Part shown: one piece after another, positions 18,447 through 27,389 of the stretch | How positions within the stretch are numbered: the first letter of the stretch is position 1 | How the letters are laid out: every line of letters begins with the position of its first letter | DNA from: an uncultured Chitinophagaceae bacterium | GTDB lineage: Bacteria > Bacteroidota > Bacteroidia > Chitinophagales > Chitinophagaceae | Direction of reading: 5' to 3' | Length of the DNA stretch: 64,000 nt | Assembly (NCBI GenBank): GCA_964527735.1 | Contig: CAZGPG010000013.1 | Span: 28,189-92,188 of the forward strand | Notes under the pieces: model-generated | Database searches by the model: none | What the model saw: the letters and a program-made list of their open reading frames with translations, nothing else | What the model was told of the DNA's origin: nothing | Position numbers and translations under genes: made by a program

Positions 18447-18624
18447 CATTTGAGAATTTGAGCATGACGGCAGTTTGACAAATAAAACCGATATGCTCAA
18501 GTTCCCAAATTTTTTATTTTGAAACGGTTTGCCGATTCCGGTTCACGGGAATACTAAATGTGGAAATCAGGAAGCAAAGGCATTTTCAAATTTTCAAATT
18601 TTCAAATTCCCAAATTTTCAAATC
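18447..18624. repeat. family B oligomer-built repeat (ATTTTCAA/TTGAAAAT units), copy 1 (a hairpin plus a one-armed tandem block)
   Basis: catttgagaatttgagcat pairs with atgctcaagttcccaaat. It is followed by c(attttcaa)x3-attcccaa-attttcaa-atc at 18581-18624. Confidence 0.75.
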
Positions 18625-18635
18625 AGGGAAATCTC

Positions 18636-19619
18636 CTACTGTTTCCCCAACTCCCCTTTCAGGTAATCGATCACCTTCACTTCAGTAGCATCTACACCAT
18701 GCAGATCGGCGAGAAAAACCGATGCCCAGTCGGTAAGATGTACCAGGTAGAAAGCCCGCTCCCAGTAGTTCTTCCCTTTTGATTCTATCTCAATAAAGGT
18801 GCGGGTGTACTTTTTGATGATTTTTTTATTGATCTCCATACGCATCTGCACCCGCTCATAGTCATCTGCATTGCGCAGCAGCACTACGGCGCGGCTATCG
18901 TCTTTATCCCGCCATCCCACAAGCTCATTGTGATTCATTTCCGGTATCACATGATGCCAGGCCAGCATTTTCCCATTCTCGTTGATCTGCTGGCGGAAAC
19001 GTACGGCAACGCCTTCATACACCGGGCCCGAATAAATGACCGGAGTTTTTCCCTGCAGCTTTTTTGCCAGCAACCGGCCGGCCTGACGTATGTTTTTCCC
19101 TTCTTTCTGCAGCAGACGTATGGCCCCGCTTATCTCCCGCTCAAAACCGTAGCTGATAAGGCCAAAATAGGCCAGCGCATACAATACCTGCACCGATGAA
19201 TAGCCCAGGCATGCACGGGGCGGCATCCCGGCCGGCAGCAAAATACAGTCGAGTTTTTTCTTTGCAGCAATCTCCGCTATCTTCCCTCCGGAAGTAATGC
19301 AGACGACTGTTGCTTTGGCCCTGAGCGCCTGTTTCATAGCCGAAAGTGTTTCTTCCGTATTGCCCGAATAGGATGAGACAATAACCAGTGAGCCTGCACC
19401 GACAAATGCCGGCAGCGAATAGTCTTTGTTAACGAAAAATGGCAGCTTCATCGTATCCGCCGTATAGTTCTGGACGATCGAGCCTCCGATCCCGCTTCCG
19501 CCGAGACCGGTCAATATTACATGATCAAACTCTTTTTCAGGTGTGATAAAGCGATAATTTTGCCCGATAATAAGGGCTTCCCCAAGCTGGGTGCTAAAAT
19601 TCTGGACGAGATCCTTCAT
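18636..19619 (-). CDS. bifunctional phosphoglucose/phosphomannose isomerase (SIS domain)
   Basis: 327 aa with the SIS motif ..LTGLGGSGIGGSIV.. and a second ..VIVSSYSGNTEET.. segment. Confidence 0.8.
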   Translation of the reverse strand: MKDLVQNFSTQLGEALIIGQNYRFITPEKEFDHVILTGLGGSGIGGSIVQNYTADTMKLPFFVNKDYSLPAFVGAGSLVIVSSYSGNTEETLSAMKQALRAKATVVCITSGGKIAEIAAKKKLDCILLPAGMPPRACLGYSSVQVLYALAYFGLISYGFEREISGAIRLLQKEGKNIRQAGRLLAKKLQGKTPVIYSGPVYEGVAVRFRQQINENGKMLAWHHVIPEMNHNELVGWRDKDDSRAVVLLRNADDYERVQMRMEINKKIIKKYTRTFIEIESKGKNYWERAFYLVHLTDWASVFLADLHGVDATEVKVIDYLKGELGKQ

Positions 19620-19633
19620 CTTTTTTTATTTCT

Positions 19634-19990
19634 ATGGCCAAACATAATGAAACAGGAGCAAAAGGAGAACAGGCAGGTGTCAACTATTTAAAAAAACTTG
19701 GTTATACGATCCTGCACCAAAACTGGCGGTGCCGCCGGAAGGAGGTGGATTGTATCGCCCTGAAGGATAATGTCGTCGTCTTTGTGGAAATAAAAACCCG
19801 CAGCCATTTCGGTTTCGGATTTCCTGAAGAGGCCGTGCATACAGGTAAGCAGCGGTTCCTGAAACAGGCCGCTGAAGTCTGGATGGACCGACATCCAGGG
19901 TATGCCGAATTGCGTTTTGATATCATCAGCATATTGCTGCAAGGGGATATAGTGCGGGAAATCATACATATTGAAGATGCGTTTTATTAA
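19634..19990 (+). CDS. yraN: YraN family (UPF0102) endonuclease-fold protein
   Basis: 118 aa: ..GEQAGVNYLKKLGYTILHQNWRCRRKEVDCIALKDNVVVFVEIKTRS.. is the restriction-endonuclease-like D..E.K core. Confidence 0.85.
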   Translation: MAKHNETGAKGEQAGVNYLKKLGYTILHQNWRCRRKEVDCIALKDNVVVFVEIKTRSHFGFGFPEEAVHTGKQRFLKQAAEVWMDRHPGYAELRFDIISILLQGDIVREIIHIEDAFY

Positions 19991-19999
19991 AATGAATAT

Positions 20000-20027
20000 G
20001 TAGAGACGCGATGCATCGCGTCTCTAC
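20000..20027. terminator. perfect 28-nt palindrome GTAGAGACGCGATGCATCGCGTCTCTAC, bidirectional terminator (family D copy 1)
   Basis: Lies between the convergent yraN (ends 19990) and sugE (ends 20024). It forms a 12-bp stem with a 4-nt loop. An identical copy occurs at 52044-52071. Confidence 0.7.
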
Positions 20028-20350
20028 GGGGAAACGGCTTTCAGTCCGATCACGGAACCAATAAGGGTAGCGATAAAAAATATGCGCCAGAAATCGGTAG
20101 GCTCTTTGAAAAAGATAATGCCTACCAATGCCGTGCCTACGGCGCCGATACCCGTCCATACGGCATAAGCAGTGCCGATCGGCAGCGTCTGCGTAGCCTT
20201 GTATAATAAGTACATGCTGATGGAGAGGCAAACAAAAAACGAAACCAGCCACCAGGTTGCGGTGGCGCCTGTTGTTTCTTTTGCCTTCCCAAGGCTGGCT
20301 GCAAAACCGACTTCAAAAAGTCCGGCGATAATCAGGATAATCCAGTTCAT
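20024..20350 (-). CDS. sugE: SMR family transporter, SugE/Gdx-type
   Basis: 108 aa with four TM helices. It opens MNWIILIIAGLFEVGFA (conserved Glu) and contains ..GTAYAVWTGIGAVGT.. Confidence 0.85.
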   Translation of the reverse strand: MNWIILIIAGLFEVGFAASLGKAKETTGATATWWLVSFFVCLSISMYLLYKATQTLPIGTAYAVWTGIGAVGTALVGIIFFKEPTDFWRIFFIATLIGSVIGLKAVSP

Positions 20351-20392
20351 GATGTGTGGTAAATGATTGTGCTATTTAAACAGAACAGGTTA

Positions 20393-21292
20393 TTAGTTCT
20401 TCCCGCCAAAAATGGAAATACCCGGCGGGTCTTCCTGCAAGGCCCGTATATTCCGGTTAAGTGTATCCAGCGAACGGGAGAGAGCGGCGGAGTTTTCCCT
20501 GTCTTTGACCCAGGGCGACTGTTTTATCTGCTCTATATTTTGCCGGATGCCGGAAATGGCTGTTTTCAGTTCTGTTGTATTTTCATGAATAGCTGAATGG
20601 GCAAGCGTTTCGCTTTGACGCTCGGCACTACGTAATGTCGAGTCACCGTTTAGTTGTTTCAGGCTGCTGATCATCTGGCTTGTAGTCCGGATGGTTTGCG
20701 TGAATGCAACACTTTGCTGGTTTATAGTGGCTGCCGTTCTGGAAAATTGCTTTGTTTGGGTATCCAATTGTATCAGCATATGTACAAATCGGGAGGTAAG
20801 GCCGGTGGTCATCATATGCATAAAATCATTAAGGCCGGTATCGGTGGCCTGAAGCAGCAGTTTGGCATGTTCGATAGCCGGTGCGACAACTACCGAGAAA
20901 TTATCGACCATGGTGGGGTCTACTGATGTTTGCACCCGGGCGCCATCGGGCATATACTGGTGCGGGATACCCGGATGGATTTCAATGCTTTTATTGTCCA
21001 GCAGACTGCTGCCTGAAACAAGTACAGCTGTGCAGCCTTCCGTAAGCTGGTTTTGCTTTGGAACGGTGATGGCAACGCGGATCTGCTCGTCATAAAGCGT
21101 GATATCCGTCACCTTCCCTATGTTCACCCCTTTCAGGTGTACCGGTGATCCTTCCGCCAGTCCCTGTACATTTTCATAATACCCGAAATAAGTATAGCTG
21201 CCTGAGGTGCGCTCCGTATGTTTATAGAAATAATACCCCCCTGCCAGAAGCAGAATGACAATCACGAAACCAAGACGCGCGGTTTTATTCAT
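20393..21292 (-). CDS. MlaD/MCE domain protein
   Basis: N-terminal TM helix followed by the MCE core ..VQGLAEGSPVHLKGVNIGKVTDITL.. ATG 21292 is preferred over TTG 21301. Confidence 0.75.
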   Translation of the reverse strand: MNKTARLGFVIVILLLAGGYYFYKHTERTSGSYTYFGYYENVQGLAEGSPVHLKGVNIGKVTDITLYDEQIRVAITVPKQNQLTEGCTAVLVSGSSLLDNKSIEIHPGIPHQYMPDGARVQTSVDPTMVDNFSVVVAPAIEHAKLLLQATDTGLNDFMHMMTTGLTSRFVHMLIQLDTQTKQFSRTAATINQQSVAFTQTIRTTSQMISSLKQLNGDSTLRSAERQSETLAHSAIHENTTELKTAISGIRQNIEQIKQSPWVKDRENSAALSRSLDTLNRNIRALQEDPPGISIFGGKN

Positions 21293-21390
21293 AAGAGACA
21301 AATATGCGAAACGTTACGCTAAAATACGGATTATAATGCAGCCGGGCGGGGTTTAATATATCCAGCGTCAATTAGCTGTCGGTCAATTCT

Positions 21391-21398
21391 TATCTTTG
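21391..21398 (+). promoter_or_regulatory. candidate -7 box (TATCTTTG)
   Basis: Lies 20 nt upstream of ATG 21419. Confidence 0.4.
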
Positions 21399-21418
21399 TA
21401 TTCCCCAATTTCTTTTTC

Positions 21419-22003
21419 ATGCATCTGAGACCGTTCCGTATCTTGATACATATGCTGCTGCTGGTATGTGCTGTCGGCTGTAGAGAAAGGCAGCATGCTG
21501 TTACAGAACAAGCCGTTAATACAGAGGGTAATTATTTTTCTGTACGTCAGCTTGCCGCCGATCAGTTCAGGAATTTTCGCGGAACACCTTTTGTAATCGA
21601 AAAGATAATGAGCCTGAACGGGCAGTATGATTCGGTACTGATCAATTCCTATAATGCCGATTGGGAGTCGGTGCTCCAGACGTTTTTTGCTGCGGATATA
21701 GGAGATGAAAAATACATTGACCGGTATAAAGTAGATGTGTTTAATGACGGCATGGGCGCATTGGTGCTTTTTTATACGGCTGGGGATGAAAAGTTGTTTA
21801 CCCGTACATTGCAGGTGCGGATTGATGCGGTTACGCATCGTGTACTGTCTGTATTTATAGAAACAGGTAAGAAATCATTCTGGAATGAGGAGACGCAAAA
21901 GCTGTACTATACACCGATGAAACTGATCCAGATACAGGAGTACAGCAAGCCGCTTATCGGGCAAAAAAAAGACCTGCACGTCATCTGGCGTTTTACATTG
22001 TAA
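21419..22003 (+). CDS. hypothetical lipoprotein
   Basis: 194 aa with the lipobox-like N-terminus MHLRPFRILIHMLLLVCAVGC. No family recognised. Confidence 0.55.
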   Translation: MHLRPFRILIHMLLLVCAVGCRERQHAVTEQAVNTEGNYFSVRQLAADQFRNFRGTPFVIEKIMSLNGQYDSVLINSYNADWESVLQTFFAADIGDEKYIDRYKVDVFNDGMGALVLFYTAGDEKLFTRTLQVRIDAVTHRVLSVFIETGKKSFWNEETQKLYYTPMKLIQIQEYSKPLIGQKKDLHVIWRFTL

Positions 22004-22037
22004 GTTAAAAACTACCGGCGCAACAAACGCTCTGTAC

Positions 22038-23834
22038 ATGACCCGCGAAACGTTTAGCAAAATTGTATTGTCTATCCCGCATCAGCCCGGATGTTATAAA
22101 TATTATGGTGCGGACGGCGAGCTGCTGTATGTAGGCAAGGCCAAAGATCTGAGAAAGCGTGTCACGTCCTATTTCAGCAAGAATGCAGGTAATAATAAGA
22201 CCCGCCGGCTGGTATCCCTGATCACGCGTATTGAATTCACAGTAACGGATACGGAGCATGATGCATTCCTGCTCGAAAATTCATTGATCAAGCATTACCG
22301 TCCCCGGTATAATATCGAACTTAAAGACGACAAGAGCTATCCCTATGTGGTCATAAAAAAGGAACACTTTCCAAGGATGTTTCTCACCCGGCGGGTGATA
22401 CGCGATGGTTCGGAATATATAGGGCCGTTCACCGATGTCGGACAGGTTAAGGAACTGCTTGCGCTGATCCGTCAAAATATACCGTTGCGTAACTGCAGCC
22501 TCAACCTGTCTCCGCGGAATATTGCCAAAGGGAAATTCAAAGTATGCCTGGAATATCATTTAGGTAATTGTATGGGCCCCTGCGAGGGGTTGCAATCGGA
22601 GGCGGATTATGATAAAAGCCTGCAGCACGTGCGCCATGTGCTGAAAGGGAATGTAGGAGAAGTGATCCGCTCACTGAAGACGCGTATGGCTGCGCTGGCG
22701 GCAGAAATGCAGTTTGAGAAAGCCGCTGTGGTGAAAAGCAAAATCGATGCCCTGCAAAATTATCACAGCAAGTCTACCGTGGTCAATCCGCATCTGGGAG
22801 ATCTTGACGTAGCAACGATCCTGAGCGATGAAGGAAATGCTTACGTGCATTATATGATGGTACGCAACGGGAGCATTGTTTATGCGAACCCGGTTCAGAT
22901 TGAGAAGAAACTTGAAGAAACCGATTCCGACGTGCTTTCGATTGCGCTGGATCGTTTCCGGGATAAGTTCCGGAGCAATGCAAACGAAGTGGTTGTGCCG
23001 TTCCCGGTTGATGTTGCGGATAAGAGTCTGCGTGTTACCATCCCGAAAGCCGGGGACAAGAAAAAACTGCTCGATCTCAGCCTGAAGAATGCAGAGATAT
23101 ACCGTAATGAAATACGCCGTAAGGCCACGCTGCTCACGGGCGAAAGAGACATTGCCGAAGCGCTGAAGATGTTGCAGGAGGCATTGCGGCTCCCGGCTTT
23201 ACCAGTGCATATTGAATGCTTCGATAATTCCAATTTCCAGGGTGCTTACCCGGTGTCTGCAATGGTTTGTTTCCGGGATGGCATGCCTTCAAAGAAGGAG
23301 TACCGGCACTATAACATAAAAACGGTTACCGGCATCAATGATTTCGCCTCTATGGCAGAAGTTGTTTACCGGCGTTACAAGCGATTGCAGGAAGAAGAAA
23401 GATCCCTGCCGCAGCTGGTGATCATTGACGGCGGAAAGGGTCAACTGGCATCGGCGCTCGAAAGCATTGAAAAGCTCGGGCTCACCGGCAGGATGACGGT
23501 GGTGGGACTGGCGAAGCGGGAGGAGTCCATCTTTTTTCCCGGCGACCGGGAGCCGCTGCAGCTACCATATGACAATCCGGCGCATTTACTGATCCGCCGC
23601 ATCCGGGATGAAGTGCATCGTTTCGGTATTAGCTTTCATCGGCAGCAACGGAGCAAAGGCACGTTCAAAAATGAGTTGGAAGGTATTCCGGGCATTGGTG
23701 AAAAAACGGCTACGGAGCTACTACAGGCATTCCGTAGTGTAAACAAGATCAAAACCCTTACCGAACGGGAGCTTACGCGTGTTGTTGGCGCACGGAAGGC
23801 AAGGATTGTATATGCACACTTTAATGAGGATTGA
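22038..23834 (+). CDS. uvrC: excinuclease ABC subunit C
   Basis: 598 aa with an N-terminal GIY-YIG domain (..GCYKYYGADGELLYVGKAKDLRKRV..), a UVR domain and a C-terminal (HhH)2 (..IPGIGEKTATELL..). Confidence 0.95.
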   Translation: MTRETFSKIVLSIPHQPGCYKYYGADGELLYVGKAKDLRKRVTSYFSKNAGNNKTRRLVSLITRIEFTVTDTEHDAFLLENSLIKHYRPRYNIELKDDKSYPYVVIKKEHFPRMFLTRRVIRDGSEYIGPFTDVGQVKELLALIRQNIPLRNCSLNLSPRNIAKGKFKVCLEYHLGNCMGPCEGLQSEADYDKSLQHVRHVLKGNVGEVIRSLKTRMAALAAEMQFEKAAVVKSKIDALQNYHSKSTVVNPHLGDLDVATILSDEGNAYVHYMMVRNGSIVYANPVQIEKKLEETDSDVLSIALDRFRDKFRSNANEVVVPFPVDVADKSLRVTIPKAGDKKKLLDLSLKNAEIYRNEIRRKATLLTGERDIAEALKMLQEALRLPALPVHIECFDNSNFQGAYPVSAMVCFRDGMPSKKEYRHYNIKTVTGINDFASMAEVVYRRYKRLQEEERSLPQLVIIDGGKGQLASALESIEKLGLTGRMTVVGLAKREESIFFPGDREPLQLPYDNPAHLLIRRIRDEVHRFGISFHRQQRSKGTFKNELEGIPGIGEKTATELLQAFRSVNKIKTLTERELTRVVGARKARIVYAHFNED

Positions 23835-23869
23835 GGGGTGAGGGGTGAACGATTTCACACCTCAATCCT
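23827..23869. terminator. stem-loop between convergent uvrC and the M48 peptidase gene
   Basis: aggattgagg(gg)tg ... cacctcaatcct. The structure overlaps the uvrC stop codon. Confidence 0.45.
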
Positions 23870-23873
23870 GATA

Positions 23874-24812
23874 TTAAAAGGCTTCCAGCGCTTTGATCCG
23901 TTTTTCGATTGGGGGGTGAGTAGCAAAAAGACTGCTCAGCGAGAAGGTTTTTTCTTTTTTCACCTGGGGGTGATCGATGAATAACTGCGCCACGTCTTCA
24001 TTTTTCACATGAGCGATATGCGGATTGCCGGAGATTTTGCGCAATGCGCTTGCAAGTGCCAGTGGATTACGTGTCATCTCAGCTGCGCCGGCGTCCGCCA
24101 TATACTCTCTTCTTCTTGAGATGCCGAATCGGAGCAGTATGGAAATGAAGTAGGCGATGGCGGAGATGAGTATAGCTGCGACGATGATGATAGCGCCGCC
24201 GCCGTCTTTACCGTCGCGCCGGCGTCCACCGCCCATGTTTGAGTAGAAAAGACTGCGGATCGCCATCTGGCTCAGGAATGCGAAGATGCCCACAAATACA
24301 ATGGATACGATCAGGAGGCGTACGTCGCGGTTCCGGATATGGGCCAGCTCGTGTGCGATCACTCCTTCCAGCTCTGCATCGTCAAGCGTATTAATAATGC
24401 CCCGCGTGAGGGTTACGGCATATGTTTTTTCATTGATCCCGCTCGCATAAGCATTCAGCGCATCATCTTCGATCACGTATACGTTGGGCATCTTCATGCC
24501 CTGGGAAATACAGAGATTCTCCACGAGGTTATATACCCGCATATTTTCTTTACGCTCCAGTGGTCTTGCTCCCGTTGCTGCCTGGATAATGGCTGTATTG
24601 GCAAACCAGGCAATGGTGAACCATATAGCCACCCCGGCCAGCACCAGTGGCATAGCCTGGAGGAATGAAGGGGTTGCCTGCGTTTTATCTTCCAGGATCA
24701 CATACAGGAATGCATATACCATTGCCAGCAACAGTAGCGGGAATGCTATTAGCAACAAGATGGAATTCCGGTTGTTCCGGGCTATTTGTGTCTGTATGCC
24801 TACGTAGGCCAT
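23874..24812 (-). CDS. M48 family zinc metallopeptidase (HtpX-like)
   Basis: 312 aa with TM helices and the HELAHIRNRD zinc motif. It lies downstream of lemA, which is the usual pairing. Confidence 0.88.
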   Translation of the reverse strand: MAYVGIQTQIARNNRNSILLLIAFPLLLLAMVYAFLYVILEDKTQATPSFLQAMPLVLAGVAIWFTIAWFANTAIIQAATGARPLERKENMRVYNLVENLCISQGMKMPNVYVIEDDALNAYASGINEKTYAVTLTRGIINTLDDAELEGVIAHELAHIRNRDVRLLIVSIVFVGIFAFLSQMAIRSLFYSNMGGGRRRDGKDGGGAIIIVAAILISAIAYFISILLRFGISRRREYMADAGAAEMTRNPLALASALRKISGNPHIAHVKNEDVAQLFIDHPQVKKEKTFSLSSLFATHPPIEKRIKALEAF

Positions 24813-24841
24813 GTGTGTTTCAATTTGAGCATGAAGATAAG

Positions 24842-24936
24842 AATGTGTTTAATTAATGTGACGAATGTGTTCAATGTGACGAATGTGATTTCAGGCATCA
24901 TGTCACATTAAACACATTGAACACATTCGTCACATT
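24842..24936. repeat. family A oligomer-built hairpin, copy 2
   Basis: aatgtgacgaatgtgttcaatgtgacgaatgtgat ... atgtcacattaaacacattgaacacattcgtcacatt. It fills the 138-bp spacer between lemA and the M48 gene. Confidence 0.8.
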
Positions 24937-24950
24937 TCAATCTCCAACTA

Positions 24951-25514
24951 TTAAAAGCTGATTTGCGGCGGCTCTTCCATAGTCTGGCGTTGTTCCACGC
25001 TCAGCTCATACATCGGCTGCCGGGTAAAGCCAAAGCTTTTGGCGATAATATTTGCCGGGAAGGACTCGACACCTGTGTTCAGTTCACGGGTAGCGCCGTT
25101 GAAATAGCGGCGAGCAGCGGCCAGCTTGTTTTCAATGTCAGAAATTTCATTTTGTAATTGCAGGAAATTCTGATTAGCCTTCAGGTCAGGGTAGGCCTCC
25201 ACCTGTACACGTAACCCTTGCAGGGCGTGGGTCAGTTGTGTATCTGCCTGTATCTTATCGTTGATGGTGTTGGCGCCCATTACGGCAGCACGTGCATGCG
25301 TAATGCGTTCCAGCAGCTCTTTTTCATGCGCGGCATATCCTTTTACTGTAGATACCAGTTGGGGTATCAGATCATTCCGCTGGCGGAGCTGTACATCAAT
25401 ATCTGCAAAAGCATTTTCCCGGTTGTTTTTCAGTTTCACCAACCGGTTGTAGAGGCTCACCAGCCAGATTATCAATAGTAAGACAATACCGCCTATAACA
25501 AGTCCTGTAGTCAT
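24951..25514 (-). CDS. lemA: LemA family protein
   Basis: 187 aa with an N-terminal TM helix, followed by ..LYNRLVKLKNNRENAFADIDVQLRQRNDLIPQLV.. Confidence 0.9.
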   Translation of the reverse strand: MTTGLVIGGIVLLLIIWLVSLYNRLVKLKNNRENAFADIDVQLRQRNDLIPQLVSTVKGYAAHEKELLERITHARAAVMGANTINDKIQADTQLTHALQGLRVQVEAYPDLKANQNFLQLQNEISDIENKLAAARRYFNGATRELNTGVESFPANIIAKSFGFTRQPMYELSVEQRQTMEEPPQISF

Positions 25515-25599
25515 CCTGAAGATTATTTTGAGTGAAATTGTTGTCGCGAAGATAGGAAACCACAGTGGTATTTACCGTTACAGATTTGTAAAATTACTG

Positions 25600-26163
25600 T
25601 TACTCAGCCTTCATCCTTCGGCTTGCTTCCAGGTACCAGCTAAATTCATTCAGAAATATCTGTGCATGGTGATGGGTTGTTACTGCATCAACAGGGGTGC
25701 CGTCTTCATGATATGCTTTTTGTACTGCCGCTACACGGAATGCGGCCGGCACTACCGTGGCGCCGATCTTTAAAAATATAAAAGGCAATGACGATCCTGC
25801 CTGTGTACCGGCAAACGCTCCTCCGGATACTGTAGCCAGCGCTACAGTCTTACGCTTCCATTCCTCGACCAAAAGGTCTATCACATTCTTTATACTGGCG
25901 GGATATCCCCCGTTGTATTCAGGTGTTACTACAATGACGCCATCTGCAGCTTTGATCTTTTCTGCAAAGTCCAGCACATCGGCAGCGGGATCTTTCATGT
26001 ATCTTAACCGCTCATCGAAGAGAGGGAACTGACAGGCATTCAGGTCGATTATTTCTGCGTTGCCGATCTTGTTTTCGGAAATATAATTTTTGAGAAAGAG
26101 CGCTACGCGGTGGCTTTTCCTGCCGGTTCTTACACTGGATGAGATGATGACGATATTGTGCAT
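25600..26163 (-). CDS. NAD(P)H-dependent FMN reductase family oxidoreductase
   Basis: MHNIVIISSSVRTGRKSHRVA.. and ..VVTPEYNGGYPASIKNVIDLL.. ATG 26163 is preferred because the upstream TTG falls inside a -7 box. Confidence 0.8.
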   Translation of the reverse strand: MHNIVIISSSVRTGRKSHRVALFLKNYISENKIGNAEIIDLNACQFPLFDERLRYMKDPAADVLDFAEKIKAADGVIVVTPEYNGGYPASIKNVIDLLVEEWKRKTVALATVSGGAFAGTQAGSSLPFIFLKIGATVVPAAFRVAAVQKAYHEDGTPVDAVTTHHHAQIFLNEFSWYLEASRRMKAE

Positions 26164-26190
26164 GGTACTTTGGTTTGCAGGTGTGTCGGT

Positions 26191-26198
26191 CAAATATA
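26191..26198 (-). promoter_or_regulatory. candidate -7 box (TATATTTG)
   Basis: On the minus strand, 27 nt upstream of ATG 26163. Confidence 0.35.
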
Positions 26199-26278
26199 CG
26201 CAACCTGTGCCGTAATAAAGCAGGGGTATATAACGCTCTTGTTATTACGTGTAATTCTCTATCTTGCTGTTTTATAGG

Positions 26279-26581
26279 ATGCGGCAGTACGCAAAAATAT
26301 TATCGTGGATACTCCTTTGGGGCGGGGGCGTTAGCAGCATAAAGCAGATCCGGTTGCTTTGTGGTATTGGCCTGCTTTGCCTGTTCCTGTACCCTGCTGC
26401 CATCTACGGGGAGCCGGTGGTGTACCGGTTAGGTATCAATGAGGAGATGCCGTCCAGCCATGTGTATCATATGCTGGTGGATCGGCACGGGTATCTGTGG
26501 GTGGCCACTTCACACAGTGTGATTCGCTATAACGTACTTATTTCTGGCATCAGCAGCCGGATCATTCTTTTCTGGAGGTGA
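26279..26581 (+). pseudogene. 5' remnant (~85 codons) of a two-component-regulator-propeller / ligand-binding sensor gene
   Basis: A signal/TM segment followed by the first propeller motif (..EEMPSSHVYHMLVDRHGYLWVATSHSVIRYN). The reading frame then degenerates and stops. Full-length members of this family exceed 900 aa. Confidence 0.55.
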
Positions 26582-27288
26582 CGGCGGCAATAGAGCTGCT
26601 GCTGCCGGATCTGAAAAGCACCAGCTTTGCCGAGGCGATTGACTATGATATGGACGGTGATGATGATCTGCTCACCACAAACCCCAACAGCACGGATGTG
26701 TCGTTATGGCAAAATACAATAGGGCAGGATAAGAATTACGTGGCTGTGAAGTTGCTTCCATTGATGCCCGGCATTAACAAGAGCGCGATCGGCGCCCGTA
26801 TCTATGTGTATTATTCGGGTAAGATGCAGATGCGTGAGGTGATGGCAGGCCGTGGTATGCACACCGGTCAGCAGCCGTTTATCCTGAACTTCGGTCTGGG
26901 CGATGCTGCGGCTATAGATTCGATCGTCGTGAGATGGCCGGATGCAAACTGTACACGTTCTACGGCGTATAACCCGCCGGTGAACCAGGTAGTGACGGTC
27001 AACAGCTTCCCGACGGGGATGGATGAGGTACAGCAGGCAGCGCCTGAAATAAAGGTATTCCCCAATCCTACGGCACGTTATGTGGTGGTGCAGGGCGCTG
27101 ATCTTGAGACCCGGCTACACGAAGCGATACTGGTGGATGTGACAGGCAAGGTGATGAATGTACGGTACAATACAAGCGACGGCGACAAGCTGATCTTCGA
27201 TCTGGGCAGCCTGCCCGAAGGGATATATTTCGTGCACCTGGAACTGGCAGATGGCGGAGCGGAAACATATAGAGTCATCAAAAAATAA
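26578..27288 (+). pseudogene. 3' remnant of a CRTAC1/ASPIC-UnbV FG-GAP repeat protein with T9SS type A CTD
   Basis: It starts mid-repeat (..DYDMDGDDDLLTT.. is the last FG-GAP unit). An UnbV_ASPIC-like core follows (IGARIYVYYSGKMQMREVMAGRGMHTGQQPFILNFGLG...VVRWPD), then a CTD (KVFPNP...GIYFVHL). There is no signal peptide, and it is frame-shifted relative to the preceding remnant. Confidence 0.6.
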
Positions 27289-27389
27289 GACGGGTCGTTC
27301 CTGAATGGATAGCCGGTGCAAATTCCACCAGGAAGATGCAAAATAAACCCTCAGTTCCCGGAAATTGGGGGTTTATCGTATGAGACGGA

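Noticed and set aside
18581-18624. Possible CRISPR array, suggested by the regular short repeats
   Set aside because: The period is only 8-9 nt, there are no spacers, the repeats form palindromic arms, and there are no cas genes. They are tandem oligomer repeats, not CRISPR.
20351-20392. Guanidine riboswitch upstream of the SugE/Gdx-type SMR gene
   Set aside because: Only 42 nt separate sugE from the upstream mlaD-like gene, which is too short for any known guanidine riboswitch class. The gene is probably co-transcribed with its neighbour.
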